A DNA stretch of 64,000 bases from Candidatus Uhrbacteria bacterium (GCA_963822405.1 CAWGHH010000001.1:227717-291716), one strand, 5' to 3'; shown: positions 30,960 through 41,334, counted from the stretch's first letter. Notes: a model not told the origin generated them from the letters alone. Numbers and translations: made by a program.

Positions 30960-31987
30960 ATGGTTCCCATCGATATTCGTGCTTATATGGCGTATACGTT
31001 GGCTTTTACTCCCGAGGAGAATACGCTCCGTGCTGAACTGATGGACTGGCTGCCGGTCGAGATCGTTGATAGTCATGCACACAGCAATATGCCTGAGCAT
31101 GTGTCTTCGGTCGATTCCCGGGCGTACGCCCACATGCTTTCGACGTTCCCCTTTTCTCTTTGGAGGATTCGAAGGCTATGCATCAGCGATTTTTTCCGGG
31201 AAAGAAGGTTCGTGCCTTGCGCTTCTCTCATGTGTTTCGTGGCATTGATCATCGGATCGTGAATTCGTATCTAATTGCCGAAAGTGCATCGACAGATCGC
31301 GTCGCCCTGTACGGGCTGCCGGACGACGAAGAGTATACGGTGGAGGAGTTGCGGACTGGCAGGTACTCGGCTCTTAAAATGTACTACTTGTATCTTGAGC
31401 CTCCGGGTACGGAGATCTATCAGTATTTTCCACCCCGAATCCTCAGGGAGGCAGAGCGTCTAGGAGTGCCGATCATTCTTCATCTGCCGAGGCGCATCAC
31501 GCAGTGTCTGCCGGATCTTCTTCGTCTGATCTCAGACTTCCCTCGTCTCACAGTGGTGCTCGCGCATCTGGGTCTTACCAAGATGCCCGTTCCTGGCCTC
31601 GCGGAGGCGTATGCATCTGTAGCCGTGCACGACAATATCTTCATGGATACAGCAATGGTGCCGAGTGCCGAAGTCGTAAAGATGGCACTCGCCGCTTTTG
31701 GGAGTAAGCGCATCCTTTTTGGTTCTGACGAACCTGTGAGTATGGTTCGTGCAGTTGTGTATGCCCATCCAGATTTGGGTCAGCGCCTGATCACAGAATA
31801 CCCATATCACTGGGTAAATCCAGAAGAGCATCGGAGTTTCAGGCATTTGGCTAAAGGAGCAATGCACGGTCTGTGGCCTGCACTGCGAGCCATCAAAGAA
31901 GCAGTCGAATCATTGGATGAGGAAGAGCGGTCTAAAGCTAGACAACGCATCTTTCACAACAACGCGGTCAAAGTGTTTGGCTTCTAA
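30960..31987 (+). pseudogene. amidohydrolase_2-type metallohydrolase split by a 1-nt frameshift near 31150
   Basis: The first ORF has VDSHAH; the second has ALKMY, PIILH, VVLAHLG, FMDTA, RILFGSD, IFHNNA. GGAGG lies before the ATG at 30960. May be a sequencing error. Confidence 0.8.
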
Positions 31988-32004
31988 GTAAGTACAACGA
32001 TAAA

Positions 32005-32040
32005 GACCCCGGACACGTCGTGCTCCGGGGTCACCTTTTT
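32005..32040 (+). terminator. intrinsic terminator after amidohydrolase
   Basis: GACCCCGGA...TCCGGGGTC followed by a T run. Confidence 0.6.
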
Positions 32041-33039
32041 ATGAAGAGTTTAAAGTATCTAATAATTTTTGGAGCCTCACTAGTCGTTTTAATCACGATC
32101 GGTACTTTTGTGTATTCAGAATTGCACGCCCCATCTCTTGAAAGAGACTTGATATCGACCGGAGTGCACGCCGATATCGGGGTTATTGGTTACGACGGGG
32201 AAGGTGACATGACCGCTAGTGACGGCGCTCGTATTCATTATTGGTTTTATAACAGAGGTAGTAAGCTGGTTACGGTATTTTTCCATGGAGGCCCCGGTCA
32301 TGGTTCTGAGGATTTTAGAGTTTGGCAGGCGGAGGCTCATGCAGATGAGATCGGTTCTATATTGGTATTTGATCAGCGGGGGAGTGGCGAATCGGAAATG
32401 CGAAAGGAATTTGAAAATACAATTACCTTTGATCGCTATATTCAAGACATTGATGAATTACGAAATTATGTTATTCCGAACAACGAGGTGGTCATTTTTG
32501 GTCGATCATTTGGTGGACTTTTGGCTATGAACTACGCCAACTCGCAGCCGATCGGTGTTAAGGGCTACATGATTGTTGCCCCTGAACCAATGAACATGTA
32601 TGGAGATGAAGATCTAGATGAAGCTTTTACTAAAAAATACACAGAAAAGTATTTATGGGATCAGTTTGTGGCGGATTCCAATCTCATCTATAAGAGAGTT
32701 AACGATAGTGGGTACGTTGAGCCGGTAGTGAAAGAGCTAACTCATGAGGAGATTAGAATTGAGGAAGAAACTCAGCTTGATTTTAATAAAGCGATTGAGC
32801 AAAACATGCCGGAATTAAAGGATGATAATTATCATTTAGTTGCCGCATTGGCAGATGTACCAACTTTGGTGGTATTCGGATCATACGATTTTATGGTTCC
32901 GCCATTTGTGATTGAAAAAATGAAACCATATTTACCGCACGCCACATTTCTTGAACTCGAAGGTAGCCATTTTGTGGCCTATGCACTTCAGGACGAATTT
33001 TTTGCTGGGGTAAAAACATTTTTCGAAAGCTTAAAATAA
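32041..33039 (+). CDS. membrane-anchored alpha/beta hydrolase (proline iminopeptidase-like)
   Basis: N-terminal TM, HGGPG, FDQRGSGES, GRSFGG nucleophile elbow, D (GSYD) and H (GSH). Confidence 0.85.
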   Translation: MKSLKYLIIFGASLVVLITIGTFVYSELHAPSLERDLISTGVHADIGVIGYDGEGDMTASDGARIHYWFYNRGSKLVTVFFHGGPGHGSEDFRVWQAEAHADEIGSILVFDQRGSGESEMRKEFENTITFDRYIQDIDELRNYVIPNNEVVIFGRSFGGLLAMNYANSQPIGVKGYMIVAPEPMNMYGDEDLDEAFTKKYTEKYLWDQFVADSNLIYKRVNDSGYVEPVVKELTHEEIRIEEETQLDFNKAIEQNMPELKDDNYHLVAALADVPTLVVFGSYDFMVPPFVIEKMKPYLPHATFLELEGSHFVAYALQDEFFAGVKTFFESLK

Positions 33040-33086
33040 TCCCATTAACAGGCTATTTTTCTGTTTTTGCCTAAACTAAACCGCAC

Positions 33087-33407
33087 CTATGAGAGGTGCG
33101 GGGCGACGGCGAGCGCGGAAGGCTGCCGATTTACGTGGTTGTAGTAGTGTACTTGGCCGATCGCGTAAAGTGCGAAAGCGATGCAGGGGATTTGCGGGTA
33201 CACGATGTAGTAGGTCCCGTCATGGAGGCCGGCGAGGATCCAGAGGATGCAGGCGCCAACCGTCCAGTACTGCTTACGGGCGGACATGCCCTTTGTTGAT
33301 CCGAGTTTGCGGTTGATCTTGATTTGATCGACCATGCCGTCGAAGATGATGCCAAGTTGGAATGCGCTAGCCAGATTACCAATGGTCAGCAGATCGATGA
33401 GATGCAT
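33087..33407 (-). CDS. small 3-TM SemiSWEET/PQ-loop-like protein
   Basis: DQIKINRKLGSTKGMS..LWILAG pattern; AGGAG upstream; canonical PQ appears as DQ. Confidence 0.55.
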   Translation of the reverse strand: MHLIDLLTIGNLASAFQLGIIFDGMVDQIKINRKLGSTKGMSARKQYWTVGACILWILAGLHDGTYYIVYPQIPCIAFALYAIGQVHYYNHVNRQPSALAVAPHLS

Positions 33408-33569
33408 GAGTTACTCCTGTTTAAACATTTCATGATAGCACAAAATGAGGGTTTTGTCAACCAAAAAAGCTGTAATTTTCGCTGTTATTAGCGATTATAT
33501 GAGTGCTCCGGAATAACCGGTACCATTATTTTATTGTGTTTGGTATCTTATGGTCGCGAATAACACATA

Positions 33570-33905
33570 ATGAGGGGGTGGCCTGTGATTTCAGCATTGG
33601 TGTTGTTTGTTATGACGTTCGTTGGGATAGCGTGGAACTCATTTGACGTGTATTTGCTGTCCTATCGTCTGGTTAAGCTGGGACCCAGCCAGTATATCGA
33701 AACAAATCGTGTACAGGTGATGCTCGGTGGAATGTTTGTTATATGGTCCTACCAGTGGGGCGTAGTTTATGAACATTCCATCGGTGCTAGTCCGTATTTT
33801 CTGATGATGCGGGCTATTCTGCTCATTGCATCCATCGTACAGATGATTGGTATTGTCACGTATTTCCTTCTCTTGCGAAAGTTTAAGATAGAGAATAAGT
33901 CTTAA
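33570..33905 (+). CDS. hypothetical membrane protein
   Basis: Three hydrophobic segments. Confidence 0.5.
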   Translation: MRGWPVISALVLFVMTFVGIAWNSFDVYLLSYRLVKLGPSQYIETNRVQVMLGGMFVIWSYQWGVVYEHSIGASPYFLMMRAILLIASIVQMIGIVTYFLLLRKFKIENKS

Positions 33906-33970
33906 AGTTACGTCACGGGCGTCAGCCTCGAGATACACTCGGGGCTTTTCTTTTTCTTATCCCCAGACTC

Positions 33971-34043
33971 TGTCGGTGGTCACCGGCAGGCTATTGTCAT
34001 GGTCGAATTGAGGATTTGAAATAGTTGTCGGTGGTCACCGACA
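33971..34043. repeat. two copies of an 18-bp palindrome
   Basis: TGTCGGTGGTCACCGGCA (33971-33988) and TGTCGGTGGTCACCGACA (34026-34043). Confidence 0.75.
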
Positions 34044-34419
34044 TGTATTGGTTCTGCGCTCGTTGAGCGTATTTTTGTTTCAAGGCTTAATGGCTTTAGA
34101 ACGTTCTACGCCAGCCGGCCAGCTGGCAACACGCCTGGCATAGCCGGGCAAGCAACTGAACATCTAATGCGTCCTAACTGAACAAAAGGGAAGGACACCT
34201 TGGAGAGCAGAAGCGATTATGACTTGTAGATGACTGCCGGGAATGGAGCTTTAACTGGGGAGTTTGGCTCTATTCCCGTTCTCGATAGGAGGAAATACCG
34301 ACCTCTATCTCCTCTCTCTCCTCGTGTCGGCATTGGATTCTTCTCTCCGAACGTTAGTTCGTACTCCCATATCGTTCGGGGTGGAATAATCTTCCCCAAT
34401 TACTTGTTTGGAGGATCTC

Positions 34420-36174
34420 ATGGATCGTCAGTATCGTCCGGTGTTCTTCCTGGTCAGTGTATTCCTTCAGGGTTGTGGCCCTCAGTATGCGCTCGACCAA
34501 GCGTTGGACGAGCAGAACGGAACGGCCGAAAACAATGGAGAAGGCGGTGGTACGGATGTGATCGTGGCTAATATGCCCTTTGCGAAGGGCTATGGCAGCC
34601 GGTGTGTGCAGGGCGCGAATGGCTCCTACTCGCATCAGTACACGAGCACGAAGTACGACCTCGACTTCGATACGCCGAACGACACGAAGGACCTCATCTA
34701 CGCGCCTATGAGCGGAACCGCGTATGTCCACGATGACGGAACGCACGGCTTCGGCCGGCACGTGAACCTGGATCTGCACGACGGCACGTACCTCATCATG
34801 GGGCACATGTCTGACGTGTTCATTCAAAACGGGACTGACGTGGCTGCGGGACAGATCCTGGGGTTTGAAGGAACCACGGGAAACTCGACCGGCGATCACG
34901 TGCACTTTGGACGGCATTCGGGCGACGCCAAGAAGGCGGGTAGCTACGGCGCCAGTTTGTCTGGGCTGAAGGTCAGAATGTTCGACGTGAACACGAACGT
35001 GGACGCGGACGTCATGACAAGTGACGCGACGTGCTCGCTCTCCGGCGGCCATCTGTATAAGTCGGAACTGCCGACTGCGCACTGGCATCCGGTGGGTACG
35101 TTCCTCAAGCGTCCGGGCGATTCGCTCGTGTTCGAGCGGGTGACGGGAAACGGCGTGCTCGCCTACATGAACGAGAACGCGTTTCTCTCCCGGGGTTACA
35201 GCTTTACGGACGTGGCCCTCATGTCCGATGAGGAGCTGGCCTGTTACTCCAGGGCGGTGACCGTTTCCAGCGCGGGTTACGTGCGGGCGCTACGGGATTC
35301 CAGTGGCGACGCCTGGATTCTCATTGGCCAGACGAACGACTCTGGGCGAAAGCGTCTTCGGGTGGACGAGACTGGCGTGGTGGGGATTCTGCAGAGCTAC
35401 GGTATCAGGGCGAGTTCGTATGACGACATCGATCACGGCGCTGACTCGGAAATCAGTTCGTACCCGAGCGCGGGGCGGGCGAGTTACCGGGACGGAACGC
35501 TGGTCTCCCAAGAAGGGAAGAGCGACGTGTACATCATGAACGCTGGCGTGGCCATGCCCATTCGGGACTGGAATACGCTACTCCTCATGGGGTTCAGCGG
35601 TCGGGACATTATTCGGGTGACCGGCGACGAGCTCCTGACGAACGTCACGTCAAAGGGCAACTGCAGTACGGACACGTATTGCATCACGAAAGAAGATATT
35701 ACCGAGTGCGCTCACACAGAGGAGGTTGACGATGCGAACGAATTCGAAACGGATTCAGGAACTGGTGCGCAGGGGAATGATGATTCGGGAGGGAACCAAG
35801 ATTCGGCAGTGGCAGATCAAGCGTTTACGCTTCAGTGGGTCACGCCGAATCGGCTGCTGGCTGATTGGATCACGGTAGCTGGTACCTGGACCCCGGCGTC
35901 CGGGGAAACCATCGGCTGGGATCCTATGCTGGCCGGCGTGCACAACGCGAACTCCGTCATCTACAGCAAACACAGCGTGAGTCACGGCGACAAATTCCGT
36001 TTCTCCATGGCCTACGGCTTGGGGAGCGCAGAATCCTGGTCATGCTTGGCACCTTTTCCGCCGGGCATCACTCGGGGCTCGCTCGTGACCGAAGTGGACG
36101 GTGTCTCCGTTTCCGTGCACACCGTGGCGGATCCAAATTCCGCCGGGTGTCAGCTTGAACTCGTCATTCCGTAG
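34420..36174 (+). CDS. M23-family peptidase lipoprotein with C-terminal repeat domains
   Basis: Lipobox LQGC, DLDF..IYAPMSG, GHMS, GQILGFEGTTGNSTGDHVHF; GGAGG before the ATG at 34420. Confidence 0.85.
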   Translation: MDRQYRPVFFLVSVFLQGCGPQYALDQALDEQNGTAENNGEGGGTDVIVANMPFAKGYGSRCVQGANGSYSHQYTSTKYDLDFDTPNDTKDLIYAPMSGTAYVHDDGTHGFGRHVNLDLHDGTYLIMGHMSDVFIQNGTDVAAGQILGFEGTTGNSTGDHVHFGRHSGDAKKAGSYGASLSGLKVRMFDVNTNVDADVMTSDATCSLSGGHLYKSELPTAHWHPVGTFLKRPGDSLVFERVTGNGVLAYMNENAFLSRGYSFTDVALMSDEELACYSRAVTVSSAGYVRALRDSSGDAWILIGQTNDSGRKRLRVDETGVVGILQSYGIRASSYDDIDHGADSEISSYPSAGRASYRDGTLVSQEGKSDVYIMNAGVAMPIRDWNTLLLMGFSGRDIIRVTGDELLTNVTSKGNCSTDTYCITKEDITECAHTEEVDDANEFETDSGTGAQGNDDSGGNQDSAVADQAFTLQWVTPNRLLADWITVAGTWTPASGETIGWDPMLAGVHNANSVIYSKHSVSHGDKFRFSMAYGLGSAESWSCLAPFPPGITRGSLVTEVDGVSVSVHTVADPNSAGCQLELVIP

Positions 36175-36182
36175 AACTCGTG

Positions 36183-36222
36183 GGACGCTCATGGAATATC
36201 CGTGAGCGTCCTAACTTTTTTT
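36183..36222 (+). terminator. intrinsic terminator
   Basis: GGACGCTCATGGA-ata-TCCGTGAGCGTCC, then a T run. Confidence 0.7.
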
Positions 36223-36242
36223 CATGATATAATTCACTCGCT

Positions 36243-39194
36243 ATGCACATTAGACCGTTCCTGCGGTCACTACTAAGTTTCTTTTCTCGTCACAAGGGAG
36301 CAATAATGATTGCGTCTCTATTTTTGGTCGTCGGTATTTCATTGTTCGGCGGGGCTCACATGGTTTCGGCGCAGGACTTGGGTACATCTGATCCAACAAC
36401 CGGCGAGTCCTCGTCAGCGGTTGGCACTGCCGCGAAGACAGCGGCGGCAATATTTTCTGGTGCGACTTTTGTGAACACCGTTTTAAGTGCCTTGACCTAT
36501 ATTCTTAACTATATAGTCATTGCTCTTGGAAAAATTACCATCTTGCTGATTGAGATAATCATCATTCCAATTTTAAACTACAATTCTTTTTCTTCAAGCC
36601 CGATTATTGGTCTTGGCTGGTCACTAGTACGTGACGTGATGAACATGTTTGTGATTGTGGCTTTGATTGCAATTGCCGTTTTAACCATCGTCGGCAATCA
36701 CAAAGCTCACTGGGAGCAACAGCTACCACAATTACTTATTGCGGTTGTGCTCATGAATTTTAGTCGAACAATCTGTGGACTATTTATTGATGTCAGTCAG
36801 GTGATCATGTTTACATTCGTTAATGCTTTGCTCGATATTGCTTCCGGCAACTTTATTCAGCTCTTCCAGCTTCAGGATTTTGGTAAGTTAAATCCCGTCA
36901 CTATCACCGCCTCTATAGTTGACGGCAATGGTTTTGATCCGTTCAGGCAATTCATTGAGGCATTTCTACAGATTCCTCTGTATGGTTCCATTGTTGCCAT
37001 CTTGTTCTTACTCGCTCTCGCGTTTCTTTACCGTATCGTTCTCCTCTGGATCCTGGTCATCTTGTCACCAATGGCCTTTTTCATGGGTGGTATTAAGGGA
37101 ATTTTTCATGGCGCAGAAAAATCTGCTGGTGACTGGTGGGGCAAGTTCACCGGCGCTCTCATGATGGGGCCTATTCTTACTTTCTTCCTCTGGCTTGCTC
37201 TGGCCGCTGCTTCAAGCGGTTCTATGGCCACGGCCGAGCATTTTGATGCTGCCACAGCCGGTGACACTACATTCTTCGTAGCCGCTCTTGACTCTAGTCA
37301 CGTAACTAGTCTTCTTCTTGCTCTCATTCTCCTCACAGTCGGCATGCAAATTGCCGGCGAACAGGCCAGCAAAGTTGGTGGCGCCGCCGCTTCACTTATT
37401 AATGAAGGTATGGGCAAGAAAGTTGTGGGCGGCGCGCTTAGGATGTCTACTGCTCCTATGCGATATGCGGCCACTGAAGGTGCGGCTAGAGCTAATATTG
37501 CGCTTGCTCCGACCGGATCAAAGTCGCTCATGGAAGGTGTCGGTAAGAAGATCGTTGGCGCAGGCGCGGCCGTTGGTGGAGTTCCATTGCTTGGTGCAGG
37601 TTTAGCTTCCATGGGCGGTGCAGCTGAAACATATGGAGCCAGTGTCCGTAAGGGACGTGAAGAGGCTGCTGTTAAGGCTTTCGCCGGTCAGAGTGAATCG
37701 CAAAAAATGGCTACGGTTGACATGATGGAGAAGAATCCTGGTCGATCTTCGGTAGAGGATCAGAAAGCCGTACAGAAGTCTTATCTTGATGATAAATTTA
37801 GAAAAGACAGAGAGAAGCATCTTGTTGACGGCGGTATGAATCCGGATGTTGCCAAGAAGAACGTTGAAGATAAATTCATTTCTACACTTTCCGGAGATCT
37901 TGAAAAGGTAGACACCTTGCCGGAAGCTGAGCAGACAAAGGTTTACGGCATGGCAAGCAAGAATATTGCTAAGATTTATAATAGCGGACCAAAGGGTGAA
38001 GAGATGGCCAAGAAGCTTATTGCTGGTGACAAGTTTGTGACCAGTAAGTTATACGATCAGGCTGAGGCTTTTGACGAAGTAAAAAATCCTGGAGTAGCTA
38101 AGCTTATTAAGGGCAAGCCAACCGACAAGATGAAACGCAATAAGGACGGCGAAATAATCGGAGCATATACGCAGGGAGAATTGGCCGCAACTGGTCAGTA
38201 TGGGCAGAAAGTTAAGGACATGGTTAATCCAACCGTCGCGCCAACTGTCCGTCAGCAGGCACATTTTGAAGAGCTCAAAACACAGGGCAGTGATGCGGGT
38301 GCATTTAAAGAGGCATTTGATAAAGAGAAAATTAGTGTTGCTGACGTTAAGGCTGGGGATTTTGCGGGCGACAGGGGAAATCAATTAACACAAGCGCTTG
38401 TGAGCGCAAAAGTTAATGTCGATAATCTTGGAGCTGGATCGTTCGATCCTTCCGTAGCTACCAATCCAGTTAGACAAGAGTTCGTAAAGAATGTTGTTTC
38501 TCAGCAAAAGGCCCAGGTTATCACTAGTGCGCTATCAAGCGGGAAAGTTACTTTGGCCGAGGTTAAGGAGTCTGACTTCACAGGTGCTACTACAGCTCAG
38601 AAATTTGAGCTAACGCGTGGCATTGTTGGAGCTGACGATACTTTGAAGGAGGAATACATGGATCCGCAGGTTCGTGACGCATTTGCGACTTCCGTGTCTG
38701 AGATGGGGTCTTTGGGTGTTCTCGGTCAGGAAGATGTGGCAGTAGCACAAGGAATGCTTCTTAGAGCTGGTAAGCCGGTGGAGGAGGTATTGCCAACGAT
38801 CCACTTGAGTCCAGTTGCTCTACCATCGTCATCTCAAGATCTTAGTCGCTTAGGTCAGCTTGTAAAGAATGATGCTGGAACTGCTAGGCATTTTGCTCCG
38901 GCGGTACCAGCAGATCTTGCAGCTCCAAATGAGATTACTAAGGTTATTTCTGAAAACATCAAGCCTGCTCAACTCAAGAAGTTAGTAGAGCAGATTTTGT
39001 CGGCTAAGGATGATCAAATGAAGGCTCAATCACGGGCGAGTCTTGAGACTATTGCTAAAGCGGTTGAAGTCCAGCATGCAGCGGCTCAAAGGCAGGCTTA
39101 TCTTCCTGGTGCTGGGAATGCCACAAAGCGTCAGCGTCTTAATGATTTGCACGATCAACTTTCTGAAACGATGCACACTGTGCGTTCGCTGTAA
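36243..39194 (+). CDS. VirB6/TrbL-like polytopic membrane protein with long C-terminal tail
   Basis: GWSLVRDVMN, AVVLMNFS, RIVLLWILVILSPMAF, WWGKF..GP; Gly/Ala-rich then charged tail; upstream of prgI/virB4. Confidence 0.7.
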   Translation: MHIRPFLRSLLSFFSRHKGAIMIASLFLVVGISLFGGAHMVSAQDLGTSDPTTGESSSAVGTAAKTAAAIFSGATFVNTVLSALTYILNYIVIALGKITILLIEIIIIPILNYNSFSSSPIIGLGWSLVRDVMNMFVIVALIAIAVLTIVGNHKAHWEQQLPQLLIAVVLMNFSRTICGLFIDVSQVIMFTFVNALLDIASGNFIQLFQLQDFGKLNPVTITASIVDGNGFDPFRQFIEAFLQIPLYGSIVAILFLLALAFLYRIVLLWILVILSPMAFFMGGIKGIFHGAEKSAGDWWGKFTGALMMGPILTFFLWLALAAASSGSMATAEHFDAATAGDTTFFVAALDSSHVTSLLLALILLTVGMQIAGEQASKVGGAAASLINEGMGKKVVGGALRMSTAPMRYAATEGAARANIALAPTGSKSLMEGVGKKIVGAGAAVGGVPLLGAGLASMGGAAETYGASVRKGREEAAVKAFAGQSESQKMATVDMMEKNPGRSSVEDQKAVQKSYLDDKFRKDREKHLVDGGMNPDVAKKNVEDKFISTLSGDLEKVDTLPEAEQTKVYGMASKNIAKIYNSGPKGEEMAKKLIAGDKFVTSKLYDQAEAFDEVKNPGVAKLIKGKPTDKMKRNKDGEIIGAYTQGELAATGQYGQKVKDMVNPTVAPTVRQQAHFEELKTQGSDAGAFKEAFDKEKISVADVKAGDFAGDRGNQLTQALVSAKVNVDNLGAGSFDPSVATNPVRQEFVKNVVSQQKAQVITSALSSGKVTLAEVKESDFTGATTAQKFELTRGIVGADDTLKEEYMDPQVRDAFATSVSEMGSLGVLGQEDVAVAQGMLLRAGKPVEEVLPTIHLSPVALPSSSQDLSRLGQLVKNDAGTARHFAPAVPADLAAPNEITKVISENIKPAQLKKLVEQILSAKDDQMKAQSRASLETIAKAVEVQHAAAQRQAYLPGAGNATKRQRLNDLHDQLSETMHTVRSL

Positions 39195-39212
39195 TTGTGA
39201 GGGACTAACCGT

Positions 39213-40859
39213 ATGGCTATTGCTGACCTGCTCAAAATTCCACCGGTCCGTTCCTTTCTGTTGGGAGGCAAGAGCCTTGCTGAATTTAGGGTTGTCGCTA
39301 AAAACAATGATTTACCAGTTGAGCGCGCAGTTGAATTCCTTGATTTGTGTAATGCAGTAATTGATGGGGCGTTGCCAATGGCGGAGGTGCCGGGGATTAT
39401 TGCGCAGGCGTTTGGGAAGGATGAGGAGACGGCTAAAAAGATTTCGGCGGATATTTTTGGGTATCGAATTTTGCCACTTGAACCGTTTATTCCTGGGATT
39501 GGTGCGCAGATCACGGCTTGGGGCGGAAAATTGGAAGACTATCCAGCTAGACCGATTAGCAAAGAGCAAATTACCGCCTTTTCATGGGCGCAGAGGATGA
39601 ATGAGCTTGCTAATCTTGGATTTTCAGATGTGCTTGTGAAGCGTTTAGCCTTACTTCTTGATGGTCGAATTAGAGGCGAGAAAAATGCTGAAGCACTAAG
39701 AACATTTTTCGGTAGGCCGTTGACTATTGGTGGTTTAGCTTTATTGAAGGAAAAAGTTGAAGCTTTGTTGGCAGAAGTAGAGCGTGAGGCACCGTATATT
39801 GAAACAGTATCTGAAGAAGAATGGCAGAAGATAGAAATTGCAAAGGCTGAGGCGGAGGCTGCGGAAGAGGTGGAGGAATCGGCGGAGGGGTTTGGCGACG
39901 CCAAACCCGTACAACAGGAGGTGGCATTGTCGCAGGCTATAGAAATCGCCCCGCCAAAAGAATTAGCAGCAGAGGTGCCGTCAACGGTTGGTTTTGTGCC
40001 GGATAATTTAAAAGAAGTTGTTGATGAAGCTATAGATGCAGTAAAAGAAATACTTTTAGCAGAGAATATTTCTTTGGATAAATTCCGGTCACTAGCTCAG
40101 ATGAATATTAGAGGTGTTCGCGAACCAGGCCAGACGCGGGATATTCTTGAGAAAGAATACAAGTTAGCTGGCGCTGATTTGCGTGTAGTGTTGGATGCGC
40201 TAGCCGCCGGCAAGAAGAGATTTGATTTGGCGAAGGGGTTTGGCGGCGCCAAACCCGTACATAGCGAGGTGCCCGAAGGGCATAATCAGAATGAGTCCAA
40301 GGAATCGAGTGCCCTCGACCAAAAATTTGCGCAACTCACTAAGACCTTGCCGGAAGAATCCATTGAACCAATCATGCCGGGGTCAAGAGTATCGGCGGCG
40401 CGGGACACTCAATCACCCTCGACCAAGAAAATCATTCCTCTTAAGCCTAGGCCAGCCAAGGCTGAGTTAACTGTTGGTAGCGTTGCTCCAGGGGCTGTTG
40501 ATCGAAAGATGACTGACATAGTTCAGGCCTCGCGTTTAATGGGGCCAGTTGATCAGATTCAGAGCTTGTCGACAACTGAGTTTAGGCGCATGTCCAGTGA
40601 TCCCGCTGAGGCTGCGCGGAAAGTGGAAGATTTAATTATTGCGCTGTTAGCTACTGGCTATGAAGAGCGAGTGAGCGGTATTAATGCTTGGCGTAAGAGT
40701 CCTTTGAACCAGATGTATCTAGAGATTTCTGAAGAAGCACTAGGTGCCGGCATGACCATTCCGGATATTTGCAGCAAGCGCCGTAAAGAAAAAAGAGACT
40801 GTTTGAGCCCGGCGGAAATTAAAGCGATTATTGGACTTAATGCCAAGCTGAGATTTTAA
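39213..40859 (+). CDS. hypothetical protein of the T4SS-like operon
   Basis: Operon spacing; C-terminal MGPVDQI..EFRRMS..AWRKSPLNQMY; carries two in-frame REPs. Confidence 0.7.
   Translation: MAIADLLKIPPVRSFLLGGKSLAEFRVVAKNNDLPVERAVEFLDLCNAVIDGALPMAEVPGIIAQAFGKDEETAKKISADIFGYRILPLEPFIPGIGAQITAWGGKLEDYPARPISKEQITAFSWAQRMNELANLGFSDVLVKRLALLLDGRIRGEKNAEALRTFFGRPLTIGGLALLKEKVEALLAEVEREAPYIETVSEEEWQKIEIAKAEAEAAEEVEESAEGFGDAKPVQQEVALSQAIEIAPPKELAAEVPSTVGFVPDNLKEVVDEAIDAVKEILLAENISLDKFRSLAQMNIRGVREPGQTRDILEKEYKLAGADLRVVLDALAAGKKRFDLAKGFGGAKPVHSEVPEGHNQNESKESSALDQKFAQLTKTLPEESIEPIMPGSRVSAARDTQSPSTKKIIPLKPRPAKAELTVGSVAPGAVDRKMTDIVQASRLMGPVDQIQSLSTTEFRRMSSDPAEAARKVEDLIIALLATGYEERVSGINAWRKSPLNQMYLEISEEALGAGMTIPDICSKRRKEKRDCLSPAEIKAIIGLNAKLRF
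39888..39912. repeat. REP inside CDS
   Basis: GGGTTTGGC-gac-GCCAAACCC-GTAC. Confidence 0.8.
40236..40260. repeat. REP inside CDS
   Basis: GGGTTTGGC-ggc-GCCAAACCC-GTAC. Confidence 0.8.
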
Positions 40860-40882
40860 TTTTGGCATGGTAGAATGGTGCT

Positions 40883-41323
40883 ATGCCGCGGAATCAATTT
40901 GTCGTTCCTCAGTTTCTTGATATCGAGCCGAGAATCATCGGTCCGATTACGGCTAGACAATTTATTATCATGTTAGTGGTAGTGTTAGTTGATTTTGCTG
41001 TTTATAGAATTTTCGCCAATAACATTCCCGTACTTCTCTTGCTCGCACTGCCAATTACTGGTCTTGGTGGAATCTTTGCCTTTGGAAAAGTTAATGGACA
41101 GCCGTTTCATGTTATTTTCTTGAACGTTATTCAAACAATTCGTCGACCCGGAAAACGCGTGTGGGATAAGACAATTTCTGACGCTGAGTTAAAAGTGCTG
41201 ATGTCGCTTGAAACGCTTCCGCCACCTGTTGTTAAGACGCGCAAAGGGCCGCTTGAAGGGTCCAGACTGTCAGAGTTGACCCTGATTGTGAATACTGGCG
41301 GCGTTTACGGTGGGGACGAATAA
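40883..41323 (+). CDS. PrgI-family (VirB3-like) protein
   Basis: QFVVPQFLDIEPRIIGPITARQF, two TM, KVNGQPF. Confidence 0.85.
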   Translation: MPRNQFVVPQFLDIEPRIIGPITARQFIIMLVVVLVDFAVYRIFANNIPVLLLLALPITGLGGIFAFGKVNGQPFHVIFLNVIQTIRRPGKRVWDKTISDAELKVLMSLETLPPPVVKTRKGPLEGSRLSELTLIVNTGGVYGGDE

Positions 41324-41334
41324 TAAAACGGTTT

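Noticed and set aside
31140-31170. Programmed -1 frameshift in the amidohydrolase
   Set aside because: CCCCTTTT is not in the correct phase for an X XXY YYZ heptamer, and similar indels in recG and the surface gene favour error.
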